Below are positions 1 through 12,566 of a stretch of DNA of 64,000 nucleotides, in pieces. Position numbers and translations under genes: made by a program. Source of the DNA: Cycas panzhihuaensis (lineage: Eukaryota; Plantae; Cycadophyta); NCBI GenBank assembly GCA_023213395.1, contig CM041465.1:242055741-242119740 (forward strand). Direction: 5' to 3'. Positions within the stretch are counted from its first letter, which is position 1. Each line of letters starts with the position of its first letter. The notes beneath the pieces were generated by a model. The model made no database searches, was not told where the DNA came from, and worked only from the letters and a program-made list of their open reading frames with translations.

Positions 1-2598
1 CTTGCTTTCAGCACAAAACCTTTAGCCACCAGTCTCACCCTGTATTTATCAACCTTTCTATCAACATCTGTTTCCATTTTGAAAACCCACATACAACCAA
101 TAGTCTTCCTGCCATATGGAAGTTCTACCAAGTCCCATGAATTATTTTTCTTCAAAACATCTATCTCTTCTTGCATAGCCCTTTTCCACTTCTCACCATG
201 GATATCATCTACTGCTTCCTGATAACATGTGGGCTCACCATCATTAGAAACTGAAGTAATAGAAATAGAAGGTCTCTACCTATCAGGTGGATGACTAACT
301 CATGTAGATCTTCTAACTGTTGGAAGAGGAGTATCTGCATACTCCTATGAATCTGCTACTGATTCATCTTCAGAAATATCTCCATGCTCTTCAGATTCCA
401 CAGATGGATGCATTTCAAACTTAACTTGTTGATGTTCGACTGCTCACATTTCATTTAACTTCTCCATCATGCGATTTTATAAGGGGAGATTCATCAAATA
501 CGACATCTCTTTTAATGGTGATTTTATGGGTAGTAGGATCCCACAACCTATATCCCTTCACACCATCCTTATCACCATAACCAACAAAGATATATCTTTT
601 GGATTTTGGGTCTAATTTTGAATGTTTATTTTTGTCAGTCCAGGCATAAACATCACAACCAAAAACTTTTAAATTTGAATAATCACATGGATGTCCAGTC
701 CATACCTCTTCAGGAATCTTGTAATCTATTACAAGTGATGGTGACTTGTTTACCAGATAGCAAGCTGTTTGAATAGCTTCTACCCACAAGCCCTACTCCA
801 CCTCTACATTACTTAGCATGCTTCTTGCTCTTTTCAAGAGTGTCCTATTCATGTGCTCAACAATGCCATTTTGCTACGGAGTATAGCTAGTGGTCTTATA
901 TCTTTCAATCCCAGCTTCTCTGTAATAGTTCTCAAATTCGAAATAGTTAAACTCACCTCCATTGTCAGTTCTTAAACATTTGATTATCTTACTAGTGTTA
1001 TTCTTAACTAGAGCCTTGAACTGATTAAACACACTAAATACTTCCGATTTTCTTTTCAAAAAATAGACCCATACCTTCCTGGAGTAATCATCTATAAATG
1101 TGATAAAATATAATGATCCTCCACAAGATATTTTAGGGGCTGGTCCCCATACATCTGAATGTATGTAATCCAAAACACCTTTACTAGTGTGACTCCCTAC
1201 TTTAAACCTGAGTCTACACTGTTTTCTAAAAACACAATGTTTATAGAAAGCCAAGTCTAAAAGCTACAAGTTAGGAAGCAACTTACAGTTTATTAGCACC
1301 TGAAGTCATCTCTCACTCATGTGCCCAAGTCTCTGATGCCAGAACTGAGCTAGATCTTCTGAAGTCTTTAATGCTGTAGTTGCTTGGCTAACATTTATAC
1401 TTCCTACTAAAATATAAGGATTTCCTTTCTTTAAGGCTTTTATAACAACTGAGGCACCCTTTGACACCTTTAGGACTCCTTCATAACCTGTATGCTTATA
1501 ACCACCTGAATCTAATTCACCCAAGAAAATCAGATTCCTTTTCAGATCAGGTACATGTCTAACCTTAGTTAATGTCCCCACTACCCCATCGAACATCTTA
1601 ATCCACGATGCTCACCGTGCCTTTGTCTTATAAGAAACTTCATTCCCCATAAGCACATCACCACCATCAAGAGGTTGGTATGATGAGAACCAACTCTTGT
1701 GTGGCCACATGTGGTGCAAAGCACTTGAATCTAACAACCAGTCATGGTGATAATGAGAAACATTACAAGCAACCAAGACATCATCATCTATACCTTGATT
1801 TAACTCCACCTGATTCGCCTCCTTGATAGGATCTTCCTTTTTCTGGAACTCTTTCCTTTTGTAGCAATCCTTCTTGAGGTGACCAGTCTTATTACAGTGC
1901 CAACATCTGAGCTTACTCTTTTTGCTCTTTGGCTTGGACCTTAATGTATCCCTGGAGTTTTGTCCTCTCTCAATCATTCTACCCCTTGCCGTCATAGCTT
2001 CTGGTATGGAGGTTTCAAGACTAGACTTCCTCTGCACTTCTTCCGTTAGCAAAGCACTCACAACAGAATCATAATCCAATACATCTATAGTGCTAAATCT
2101 AATTGAGGTGACAATATTATCCCAAGATTCGGGTAATGAGCATAATAAGGTAACAACCTTATCCTCATCCTCAATTTTAACATCGATATTAGTCAACTGA
2201 CAAATAAGAGTATTGAAAATATTTAAATGGTCAACAATTTTTGTGCCTTCCTTCATCTGTAATGAGTATAGTCACCTCTTCAGGTAGATTCAATTCGTTA
2301 CTGATTTGGTCATATACAGGCCTTCCAATTGGGTTAATAATCTTATTATTGTCTCCTCCCCTGCAATGTTAAACAAGACTTCATCTGCCAAGCACAATCG
2401 TATTATGTTAAGTGCCTTTTTGTCTAAGTCATCCCATTCATAATTATCCATCCTTATGGGTTTCTTCAATTTACCTTCAAGGGCTTTGTACAAACCTTGT
2501 TGTGCAAGAGCATCATGGACTTTTAGCTTCCATAACTTGAAGTTGTTCTTGCCATTGAATTTCTCTACTTCGAACTTTGCACCTTCTAGTTTCACCAT
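1..2598 (-). pseudogene. Degenerate copia gag-pol polyprotein (copy 1)
   Basis: Starts MVKLEGAKFEVEKF. Broken by stops and frameshifts into ORF pieces 2290-2709, 1612-2256, 1306-1596, 874-1254 and 451-789. Confidence 0.93.
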
Positions 2599-2658
2599 TT
2601 GGTGTAGAAAAGCTGATGCCAAAACCTTCACAAAATTACTACAAAAAATAAAAGAGTG

Positions 2659-2670
2659 GCTCTGATACCA
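2659..2670 (-). promoter_or_regulatory. Primer-binding site (tRNA-iMet)
   Basis: Minus strand reads TGGTATCAGAGC. Confidence 0.93.
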
Positions 2671-2672
2671 CT

Positions 2673-3319
2673 TATTGAGAATACAAGGTCCCAACCCTTT
2701 AACTACCATGGAGATCTATTGCATTTTTACAACTAGTTATAAAAATTGAAACTTAAAATTACATGCAAGTTCTAAAATCAGAGATTATACAATAATATGA
2801 AAATGAAAGCCAAATATCACATATGCACCCGATATAACATGGTAAAACCCTAGCAGTATGCTATGGAAACATCCACATAGGAAATGTATTGATCTTTATT
2901 GCTGTAGAATGGAGAAACAATACATATCAGTAGCAGAGTGCTCTCAGGAACAACAACTAATCACCGCCCTCATCATAGTATATTACATTACATACAACAT
3001 AATAAGAAAAAGCCCTAAATTAGGCTACATGAGAGGGACATCCAAGGCATGAATCTCAACCATAGAATCTAGGGTATTTGTATCAAACGACCTTGATTCG
3101 CTTTACATTTTAATATAGTTTATAGGGCTAATTTTTTGGGTCAGGGGCTATCACCCCCGAACCCCCTCTTAGTGGGGGATGTTCCATGCCCCCCACACCC
3201 CCCAGCGAAGGGGGCCTCCCACCCACCTTGGAACCCCCTGAGAAAGATTAGGGGTGGAAACCATGCCAAAAACATGCCAAAATTTTAGCCCTAAAATATT
3301 GTTGTCACAATATTACACA
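2673..3319 (-). repeat. 5' LTR of Tork-like copy 1
   Basis: Minus strand starts TGTGTAATATTGTGACAAC (cf. TGTTAGATAATGTGACAAC at 42850) and ends TTCTCAATA, 2 nt before the PBS. Confidence 0.9.
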
Positions 3320-4175
3320 TTCCCAATGGGGATTAGACCTTATCAGAGCTATAACCCCTCCTTCCTCCTTGCAACACAAGTTCATCTTAATTGCAATAGA
3401 GTAGTTCACTAAATGGGCCAAAGTAGTCCCTCTATCATCCATTACTATTAAGACCATAGCCATTTTCATCTACTAACACATTATCTGTTGATTCTGGGTT
3501 TCTTGATGTCCTAATCATAGATAATAGTACTCTCTTTTGTAATAAAGAGATGGATGAACTTTGTGGGAAGTTTAGGATATCCTATAAAACCTCTTCTCCT
3601 TATTATCCATTGGCTAATGGCTAAATTGAATCATTTAATAAAACCCTTATTAGCATCTTAAAGAAAGCAGTCATTTAATCCTAAAAGGATTGGCACCTTT
3701 AACTTCCTTCTACTTTATCGGTATATTGTACTTCTATTTACATAGTTATAGGGATGAACCATTCTCCCTCATGTATGGGATCGAAGTGGTCCTTCTCTTA
3801 GAAGTCAAAATCCCCTCTTTATATGTTTCTCTTCGAGGTCTCATCAATGAGGAATCCTACCACTAGGCATACCTTCTTAACCTCAAAGCCTTGGATGAGA
3901 AACACTTGATGGCTTATGAAGAGAACCTCGCCTATAAGGCCAGGGCATGAAGAATGTATAATAAATATCTCCATCCTTACCCTCTAAATCTTGGGGACCA
4001 TGTCCTTAATCTTGAGTATCTCCATGACCACTTATCCAAATTTAGGCCTAAATGGGTTGGTCCTTTCGTCAATCTCAAGAGCCTTGATAATGGTGCCTAT
4101 AAGATAGCAATTCTAGAGGGTCTTGAATTCAAGAAATCTATGAATAGTAAATTCCTAAATAAGTTCTATGTATGA
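3320..4175 (+). pseudogene. Tat-type integrase core and GPY/F region (T-A)
   Basis: QWGLDLI at about 3324, a degenerate YYP.ANG..E..NK motif and KFRPKWVGPF...LNKFYV*. Homologous to 48750-49565. Confidence 0.9.
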
Positions 4176-4889
4176 CCCTTTCTACTTCTGAGTAGGATAG
4201 ACACACCCCTCCATCACTCTAAAACGAGCCTAAACTACCACTCTAAATGCATCTTCATTTCTCCTAGTCATAGGTGTGATGATAGTTTGGAGTAGCTCTT
4301 TATCCTTTTGACTTTGTTACTTGTATTGCATCTCTTGTCCCCCTCCTTAGGGAGACCTATCCTCTCCTAGTTGGGCAAGAAAACCTCATTCACTTCTGAG
4401 CATGGAGTCACTTCCCAACCAGGGCCTTTTGTTGCTTAGGTATCCATATCCTCTAGTCATCGCTTCCTTTGTATATCCATTATGCTCCCCTAATAGACAT
4501 ACGTGGCACCCCCTCCTAATCTCACATGTAGCTATCATTGATATGTATGGTGATCGTGTGTGCCCATTATGAGTGTGGTATCATATGAAAGGAAGCATGA
4601 GTGTCATATGCATATGATCTAATAACAAAAACCATACTTACCAATCAACTAAAACTATCTAAATGCATGACCCCTTATTCACCCATGCACACATATCCAT
4701 ATGCATATGTTCATCTCTCTATGCATTATATAAATAAATAAGCTACACAACTAAGTAATAACATCACAAACTCATCATAACATCATCATCATGTATCAAA
4801 TGGGGTACCAATTGGCCCCTATCTATATATGTACAAAGTCATATGATATAGCACAAGCATATGGTACATCATCATCTAGGCAATATGCC

Positions 4890-6940
4890 TCAGGAAGTTA
4901 GAATCCATGAAGGGAGGAGTACAATCATATGCCTACATATGGTAAAAACTCCCTGGAGCTCTAAAGCTTTCCTATCTAAAATCCATAGTATATAATCTCC
5001 TAAACACCATGCCCTCAAGGGGTATTGTCCCCTCATTTGTAAGATCTCTTGCTGGGTGATCACATACCTCCTAGGCTCCTGTGATATCATTGTGAGCTCC
5101 CTGCTTTACTCTCCTCATCTTGAGGCCTCCTTTGGGTCATCGTCATGGTGTGTGACCTACTATGTGATGATCTAGTGGTAATCTACTCTACTAGTTGATC
5201 TTATTTAGCCTAGATATGATCCCTCTCTCCCTCTGCTCCACAGAGCCTCTCCTCCAACATAGTGATCTAGATCGTACTCTCTATATCCCTGCTTAATTCT
5301 CCTCTCTAGGCCTCTAGCCCTCGTACCTAGCCCTACAAGGTGTTCCTCCTAACTACCAACTAGTCCCTCTCTGCCTGCAGTCCATCCAGGATGCCTTGGA
5401 GTTTACCAACCCTCTCTTGGAGCTCTTGAGACTCTACCACCTATATATCTCTAGCCTAAATCAATAGGGAGAATGCTGCTATGTGTGGCCTTGCTGATCA
5501 GGACTCCTCACTAGCCAAGATATGAGGATGTCCCTCCATGTAGACTTAGGAGAATAGCTTATATACTATCACCTCTAGTAGCCTCGCCATCTCTACTCCC
5601 CCTACCAAACCATACATACTATATGTTAGTCCAATATATATATATACAAAAATAACAAAATCTAAATAAAATCATCTAAGGGAAGCAATAAATGATCAAA
5701 AGGACATCAAGCCAGGGTAGAATCTCATCTCCTAGGATGGATAGATCCTCTACCTAGATGATCACCTCCTCTATTGCAGCTCCCCCTATTACTACCTCTA
5801 TCTCCTCAACCTCTAGTACTACCTCGCATACCACTTGGGCTGTTAGGGTATCTCCTCCCTCTAATCCTGCCTCTCTTGGGATCTCTCTATCCATGATATC
5901 TATTACCACCTCTACCTCTACCACCATGGCTACCACTACTGTTGGGCCTCTACCTGCTAGTCCTAGTGGTGGCCTATCTCCCCCTACTAGTGCTGATGGA
6001 CATGCCTCATCTCCTGTAGCTCCTAATGGTCCTACTTTATCCCCTCTATCTTCTCCATCGTCATCACTACCCTCATTAGGCTTATTTCCTAAATCTCTAC
6101 CCTTATCATCACTCTCCTAATGGATCACTTAATAGGGATCCACTATGTAGTCATTCAAGGTTAAGAGATCCAATGATATCACTGCCATCAATCGACATAT
6201 GTGGACCTAATCCTCAGTCCCTTTAAACCTCATCTGTAACATGAACCATAGGGCCCTTAGCTAAGATGGGGTGTGGTCCTCTTGGTGGTGCCACCACTCT
6301 GCAATGGTCAAAGAACTAGCACTGGAGTAATGTGTAGTAAGAAAAACCCCCTCTCTTAGCTACTCATATCTAATTAAGCTATGCAATTAGGTTGGTTACT
6401 ATCAAGGTATCCCAGTCAAACCTCTCTCTAGCCTTGCACCTCCTGATAGTGGTCATCTAACCTCCTAAGATGTCCCTGTAGTTCTATTTCTAGGATATCT
6501 AGAATAGAATAACTAGAGTAATGAGTTTCCTAATATAAGAAACTCTAGATAAAGCCATCGCCTAGACTGAGACCCCTCGCTGATCCTATTGGCTCTATCC
6601 TATAAAAAACCTAGCTACCTTCCTATGGGCAGCATTTATGCTGGGTAGTATACCTAGTGATGTTGGTGTCCTTCTTAATGGTGTTCCCAAAATCCTCCCT
6701 ATATCCCTAGGTGTGATAGAGATATCTCCCATCTATGGGAGGCGGAATACATGCCTCTACTGATCCTAGTATTAGATGATGTCAACAAGGAAGCACTAGT
6801 CATATGAATACTTTAGAGTCCTAATGACCTTCATAAGCCCACAACATCATAGAGTTATCTACTCCTACCATGTCATCATCCCAATGAAACTCATCATTGC
6901 CATACCTATGTTCTCACGATTATCAACCGTGAGAACAACC
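4890..6940 (-). pseudogene. Antisense Plant Mobile Domain (aminotransferase-like, MAIN/MAIL1-type) gene, degenerate (T-A); ends approximate
   Basis: Hand translation of 6805-6681 (minus) gives YD*CFLVDII*Y*DQ*RHVFRLP*MGDISITPRDI.RILGTP. This resembles the PMD signature ALVERWxxETHTFHLPxGEMTITLEDVxxILGLP. A homologous copy lies in T-B. Confidence 0.75.
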
Positions 6941-8200
6941 TATAGACATCAAAAAACCAATTAGAGATCTACTAATCCTCTCTACCATGTGCCATGCCCC
7001 CTTTGGGTAGTTGTATCTCTATCAGACTGAGAAAATCCATCCATTAGGGCCTCTTTTCTCTTTTTCTCCTATCTAGCCTCCACCCCACATCAAACTCTGT
7101 GGTATCACAGATATTAATATAGCCCCCATTAAGAAAATCATATTTTCTTGGTGGCCTTACTCCAAACTTCATAGCATCATGATATTTTCTATAAGGCCAT
7201 GGATATCCTTCCTAAGAAGGGAGGGGTGTGGCTTAAAAACTCAAAAAAAAAATCCTATGTAGACCAAACTTGGCCCACTAGGACTAGGGTTGCTTAATGC
7301 CCTAGTCCTGCCCCTTGCTAGGCCTCATTCAAGCTCCAAGAGGTCTTAATTGCCCTTATGGGGCCCAAAATAAACTCTAAAAACTGTAAAATATCCATTA
7401 GATATAGTCGATAAAATGAAATAGCTAGGGGATTATTCAATCATTGGATCAGGACTAATCATTGCCATCTCATCTCTACGATCTTGATGGCTATCCTTGC
7501 TCCTTGATCTAATGGTTGGATCTCTCAATGGGTTCTCTTGAATGCTAGCATAGCCTTACTACATAGAGGGAAGGGCTCCAGATCTCTCATGGGACTCGTG
7601 AAAATGAACCTTATTTTGACCCTTCTCCCCTTTATATATGCAGGGTTGCCTAGGAGTGCCATCTCCTTTCTCCTTTCCATGACAACCCTTAGGATTATCT
7701 CATTGTCCTCACTCACTTTGTCTTCAGGGTCTGACCCTTATTTCACTCCTATAGCCTCTATTTTATTTCCTTTTGGTGAATTTGTGATGACCCCTTTAGC
7801 TTCTTAGAGTCCCCTTCTATCTTATTTTTTGTGCCTTGCTAATATATACCCATGTGTATACTCTTTTGACTTATTTTGATGTCCTAAATACATTTTTTCC
7901 ATCTATTTGAGACTTTGAGGCTCTTAGGGGTACCCCCTCCTCCCTTCTAGGCCTCTATAGGCCCTTTTTTGACACCTGGGGGCCTTGAAAGAGTATAGTC
8001 ACCAATCTTTTCCTGCTCTTTCTCTAGATAAACTTATTTTTTAGCATGGTAGCCTGTTGTTAGGGCTCTCCTATCCTCTCATGACCATTATTTATAGCTT
8101 CTTGAGCTGTTGTAGCCCTATCACTACCCCCCTCTTTTGCATCTTAACTTTACTGTCACCATCTCTTCTATTGCTTGACTCAAACTCTATTCCTTTTACC

Positions 8201-8623
8201 ATGGTATTGCTCATCTTCACTGACAAAGGAAGTTGTGGTAATCCCAGACCTTCCATAACCATATGGATCCTTAGTGACCCCTCTGGATATGACTATATGC
8301 ATTTTAAAATCTTTCTACCTAAGGCTAGGAATAATAAAGTTGAATACACAGCTATTATCGAAGCCCTTGCTGATGCACTTTGCTTTCACCATGGCCCCAT
8401 CATCCTCTATTATGACTCTTAGATCATCATGTCACAACTAACCTAGGTTTACCAGGTGCATTGCCCATGATTAAGAGCCCTTACTTTGACTGCCAAGTCC
8501 CTTCTATCTTACTTCTATTCTATGGTTATTCAACACATTCCTTGAGACCTGAATACTAAGGCTAATGGCCTTGTTTGTTGCATCCTCGAGTCTCATCTGC
8601 TTCTCTTAGATGATCCCCCCTAG
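8201..8623 (+). pseudogene. Stand-alone RNase HI (additional/archaeal-type RNase H, aRH) ORF of T-A, 140 codons with internal stops
   Basis: accATGg start. One frame reads MVLLIFTDKGSCGNP...RNNKVEYTAIIEAL...ILYYDS*IIMSQ...QHIP*DLNTKANGL, matching the DG..GNPG, TNN.AEY, DS and HIPR..N..AD motifs. Confidence 0.88.
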
Positions 8624-9118
8624 ATAGCCTAATGGGATGCCTGATCACCTAGGCTCTAGGATCATCCCTTCTATTATTGTGATCCCTTTACACATCTAAA
8701 AGTAGGCCACTAATAAGGTTAAACTACGATGACCACCAGGTTTATTTCTTCACTCTGTCCTTTATACCATCTGTGGTATGAGGCCCTTGCACTTCAACTC
8801 TCTACATGTATAAATCTTTTGCTCATATTTATTTATCAATTATTCTTATGACATTGTATGGTATCTATCTTTCACAAGGGTGATGGGGGTAATCCCCTCC
8901 TCCCCCCATTCTTTCATACCAGACTCATAGGCGATGCATGGGTAGCCCCCATGTCGCTCCATTCCTTTCCTTGTGCACGTGATCTGCCATGACACCTACC
9001 ACTCTCCTTGGATAACGATACTTTTTGCATTAGTGGATGATAGTAATCTCTTTATATTGACAACATTTTCCATCGCTAGATGCTCTCGAGTGATGAGGCT
9101 CTACTGCCAAGTGGTAAG

Positions 9119-12100
9119 TGTTTCCCAACTATCAGGAATGGACATAGATAGTGCCTCTTAGGTAGGCATAGATATACATCTCTATCCTTTCTTGTCATTT
9201 ACTTTAGGATGTGATGAGATGTTTGATGATTATATTTTATATGACATTATTGCATGTATGGTTGAGATGCTTGGTTTACCTGCCCATTCTTGTGCCTCTT
9301 ATTATGATCCAACCTATGATGACTCAGGACCATCATCCTATGGCACCATACAACCCCTTATGACACCTCCTTAGTACTCTTGGGTACTCATGGGCCCCCA
9401 TATCTCACTTTTTGTTCACTATTAGCATTATACATGATCCCTAATACCTCATTTAAGGCTTTATCACCCTTGTATATGTCATTCATTCCTCATTGAGGCC
9501 TTTATTACCCTCTTTTACACATTTGTGAAGCCCCACCAATGCCTAGAGGTCCTCTAAAGGCCTTACTATTCTAGCATGCCTCTCAGTTGTGCCCTAGGAT
9601 CCTTCTTTTAGGGGTCCCCTAGGCTTCCTTTTTTTCATCTTGTATTTTATTCACACCATGATAATATTCGTGGTACCGCAATAAACTTTATGGTACTGCA
9701 AAGTTTGTCGTAAGGTGACTATCCATTAACTTTTGTGGCCTGGCAACAACCATTTTCATATTTATTGCAAAGTTGACATATGGTAGGACATTATTTCCTA
9801 ACTATAGTGAACCCTAATCACTCAGGAAACCTAATTTGGGCATAAAAACCCAATTCTGAGTTCATTCTACCTCTCTTGGCTCTTATACGAAAGGAAAAAT
9901 GCCTCCCACCTATGCTTATGGTCTCTCCTTCTATTCTTCTATTCTCCAAGGGGAAAACCCTAGAACATAGGTCTATACTAGCTCTTCTCTAGTAGGTCTT
10001 CCTTCCATGGTGCTCACTCTAGTTGCAACAATAAGTTTTGCAAGGTTTTGAGTCTCATTCTTGCCTCCAAAAGGATCCCTTCTCCACCTAGCAAGAGGGA
10101 TCCTCATCCTTTCATTGGTGCATGAGGTAACATCTACTTTACTTCAATTTTTGTGATTGTATTAAGTTTATTTCTTATTGTTCTTTCTTTTGGAAAATAT
10201 ATTTAGTATATATTTCCATTTATTTCAAGTTTTGCATGCATCTTCCTCTCTTTTTGGGTGTCTAAAAGAAGACAAACTCTTCCTTTCTCGTTGATTACAC
10301 CTTCATATCCCTTGGGTTCTTCTTGGGACATAAGTAGGTTGATTGTTATATTCCTTTGAGAGGAGAAGAGGAGTTCATGGCTACGGTTCTAACCCTTACA
10401 ACCATATCCTCCAGGGCAGCCCCCTACCTCTCCTAGTTTTCTTACTCCATATCCATCCTACATACCAAGAAACTCATTAGCTGAGGGCCTCTACTAGGTG
10501 TAGCATTTGTAGCCCCTTGTAATGCCCACAACCATCTCTTATATGCACTATTTGGCAGCAAGTCCCTTCATATGATTAACCATTTTATGAGATTTCTATT
10601 TCCCTTGCATATCTTGCAAAAGTTGCAACATTGCAACTTTTGCAACATTTACACTTTTTTTAGCTTTTACAACTTCTTGATCCTTATAAGTTGCATCACT
10701 TTTATTTGCTTATAATTATAAATCCTCTCCCAACTTATTTCTTAGAGTACCCAAGCACATAGGAGGTAGATTGTTTGAGGGAGGTATCCATTCTAAGGCT
10801 CTCCTTTCTCTTACCTTTAAAACTCTCCCTTTTCCCCCTAAATATTACTTGGAAACATTTAAGTATACAATGGGAAGATTGAGAAGTGTATTGTTTCTTT
10901 TCTTTCAAAACATTAAGCAAGTTTATATTTCATTTTGATGAGCATACACACACATACACATACACACACACACCCATATATGCATGCACATGTATAGTAT
11001 TACTTGTTGGAAGGTTTTATCCACAAGAAAACTCTACCTACTTTGAGTAAGTAAGATCGTGTTGGAAGATACGTATATCTCATTTACATTTGTTTCCCTT
11101 TGAAACTTTCCTTTAAAGTTCTTGCTCTTTTGTAATACATTATAGGGAAGGTAAGGGAGACCCACCTATGGTTTTGTCCACAATGCCAACCATGGCTTGG
11201 AGCATAAGGTGACTAACAAAAGGAAGACAACGAAGGAAAGAGAGGCACTCCATCGACTAGCTTGTTTCTGGGTGCACCTCTTCCAACCTTCCTCTTCTTC
11301 CTTATTCCTTTTTCCTCCTTTTCCCTCAAATAGGAAATTGGTTGCATTTACACATTGCTTGCAATCATTTTTTTTGCTTACTTACATCCATCTAAAGGAA
11401 AGTATAAAGGAATATCATCTATATTTGCTCTCTTGATCTTTGCATTAGTGTGTATTGCTTGGTTCCTCCTTTTCTCTTGCATGAGCATGAAAATGTGTAA
11501 CTTGAACTAGTGCATCCCTCATTTATCTCCTAAAAGGAAAGTGATAGAAGGGGATTTCTTTTCTTTATCACACCCTCCTCTTTTATTCACTTTGCATGTA
11601 TAAGAGTAGTAATGAGAAAGGGAACTTGGGCTTTTGATAGTCATCCTTCTTCCATGCATCATTAAGGAAAGTTACATAGGTCATCCATACTCTTCCTCTC
11701 TTTTACACCCTCTTTCTTCCTTCATTTAATTCTTTTTCTTGTTGATAAAGATAAAAGAGAGAGAGGATAAAAGGAGAGAGAGATAAAGTATCTTTTGAGT
11801 TGCATTTACTTAGCATTGATACTTTATATCTTTATACTTTCTTTAAACAAGACTAAAACACTTCCCAAACCATTTAGTATGATTAGTCAGGTTGCCTTAT
11901 TTAACCTAAACCCTAGAGGCATTCCTTTAGGTGATCTTTGGAAAGACACACCATTAGTCCTATCTTCTTTTTAGATTTGGCTCCCGCATACCAAATCCCT
12001 TTCACATCTTCTAACCAACCATTGCCCTCTCTTATTCCGTAGGTTCCTACCCTATTAGGGCTTGCATCCTCTTTTTCCCTTCTTCCAAGAAGAGAGATTT

Positions 12101-12373
12101 AATCCTCCCTATCCTTCCTTTACTTGTTAGGATAGGAGAGTATGGTACTTAGTGAACTGAGGATGCCCTTTCCTAACTCAAATCTGAGAAGGTACCTACC
12201 AAAAGAGGAAGTCTTGTGTGTTATTTGTGGGTCTCTAAACCTGTATTTTAATGCATAGAAACCTTTTGTGGGTGATCTATCTTCTTACCCTCAAGGACCC
12301 TTAAGCCCTTGGCATAGTGATAGTGTAGGCTTAATATCCTTATCCTTAGTGACCCCCCAGAGGTGTGCTTGCA
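9119..12373 (+). repeat. 3' LTR of T-A (about 3.25 kb)
   Basis: Starts TGTTTCCCAACTATCAGGAATGG after the purine-rich AAGTGGTAAG and ends AGGTGTGCTTGCA. Both termini match the TSD-validated T-B termini (TGTTTCTCACCTACCAGGAATGG and AGGTGTGCTTCCA). Confidence 0.82.
10943..10995. repeat. Imperfect (CA)n/(TA)n microsatellite within the T-A LTR
   Basis: catacacacacatacacatacacacacacacccatatatgcatgcaca. Confidence 0.8.
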
Positions 12374-12566
12374 AAAGCCTATATGCTCTCTTGCTCATGT
12401 GATTGGCGCTGCATAGCCCCATGATCCTTCATAGATCTCTAAACCATTAGCATAATATTTTCTATTTAATTAAGTTTAAGTTGATGAGTAGGTTTTAGGT
12501 TTATTCCAGACCCTAAACATTCCTTAAGATATTGTTACCAGTACAGGCTTAATTTAAGGCAATAAC

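Larger units (their letters stand above)
1..3319 (-). mobile_element. Ty1/copia LTR retrotransposon, Tnt1/Tork-like, copy 1 (5' LTR, PBS, gag-PR-INT, start of RT; runs off the window start)
   Basis: Minus-strand ORFs give Gag (KFEVEKFNGKNNF; CWHCNKTGHLKKDC knuckle), PR (WLLDSSALHHM), INT (YIHSDVWGP, LRTDNGGEF, GYRLWDP) and the RT start. LTR and PBS match the copies at 42850 and 62221. It interrupts the T-A integrase. Confidence 0.95.
3320..12373 (+). mobile_element. Ty3/gypsy Tat-like element T-A, 3' half (INT, antisense PMD, extra RNase H, 3' LTR)
   Basis: INT core followed by a 3' region colinear with T-B (about 35175-48230), ending in a TG...CA LTR of about 3.25 kb. Confidence 0.85.

Noticed and set aside
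5758-6120. Ser/Thr/Pro-rich 120 aa plus-strand ORF
   Set aside because: Low-complexity shadow of the antisense PMD gene.
4890-7000. env-like gene as the identity of the extra ORF
   Set aside because: The ORF is antisense and carries the PMD signature; no convincing env-like features were seen.
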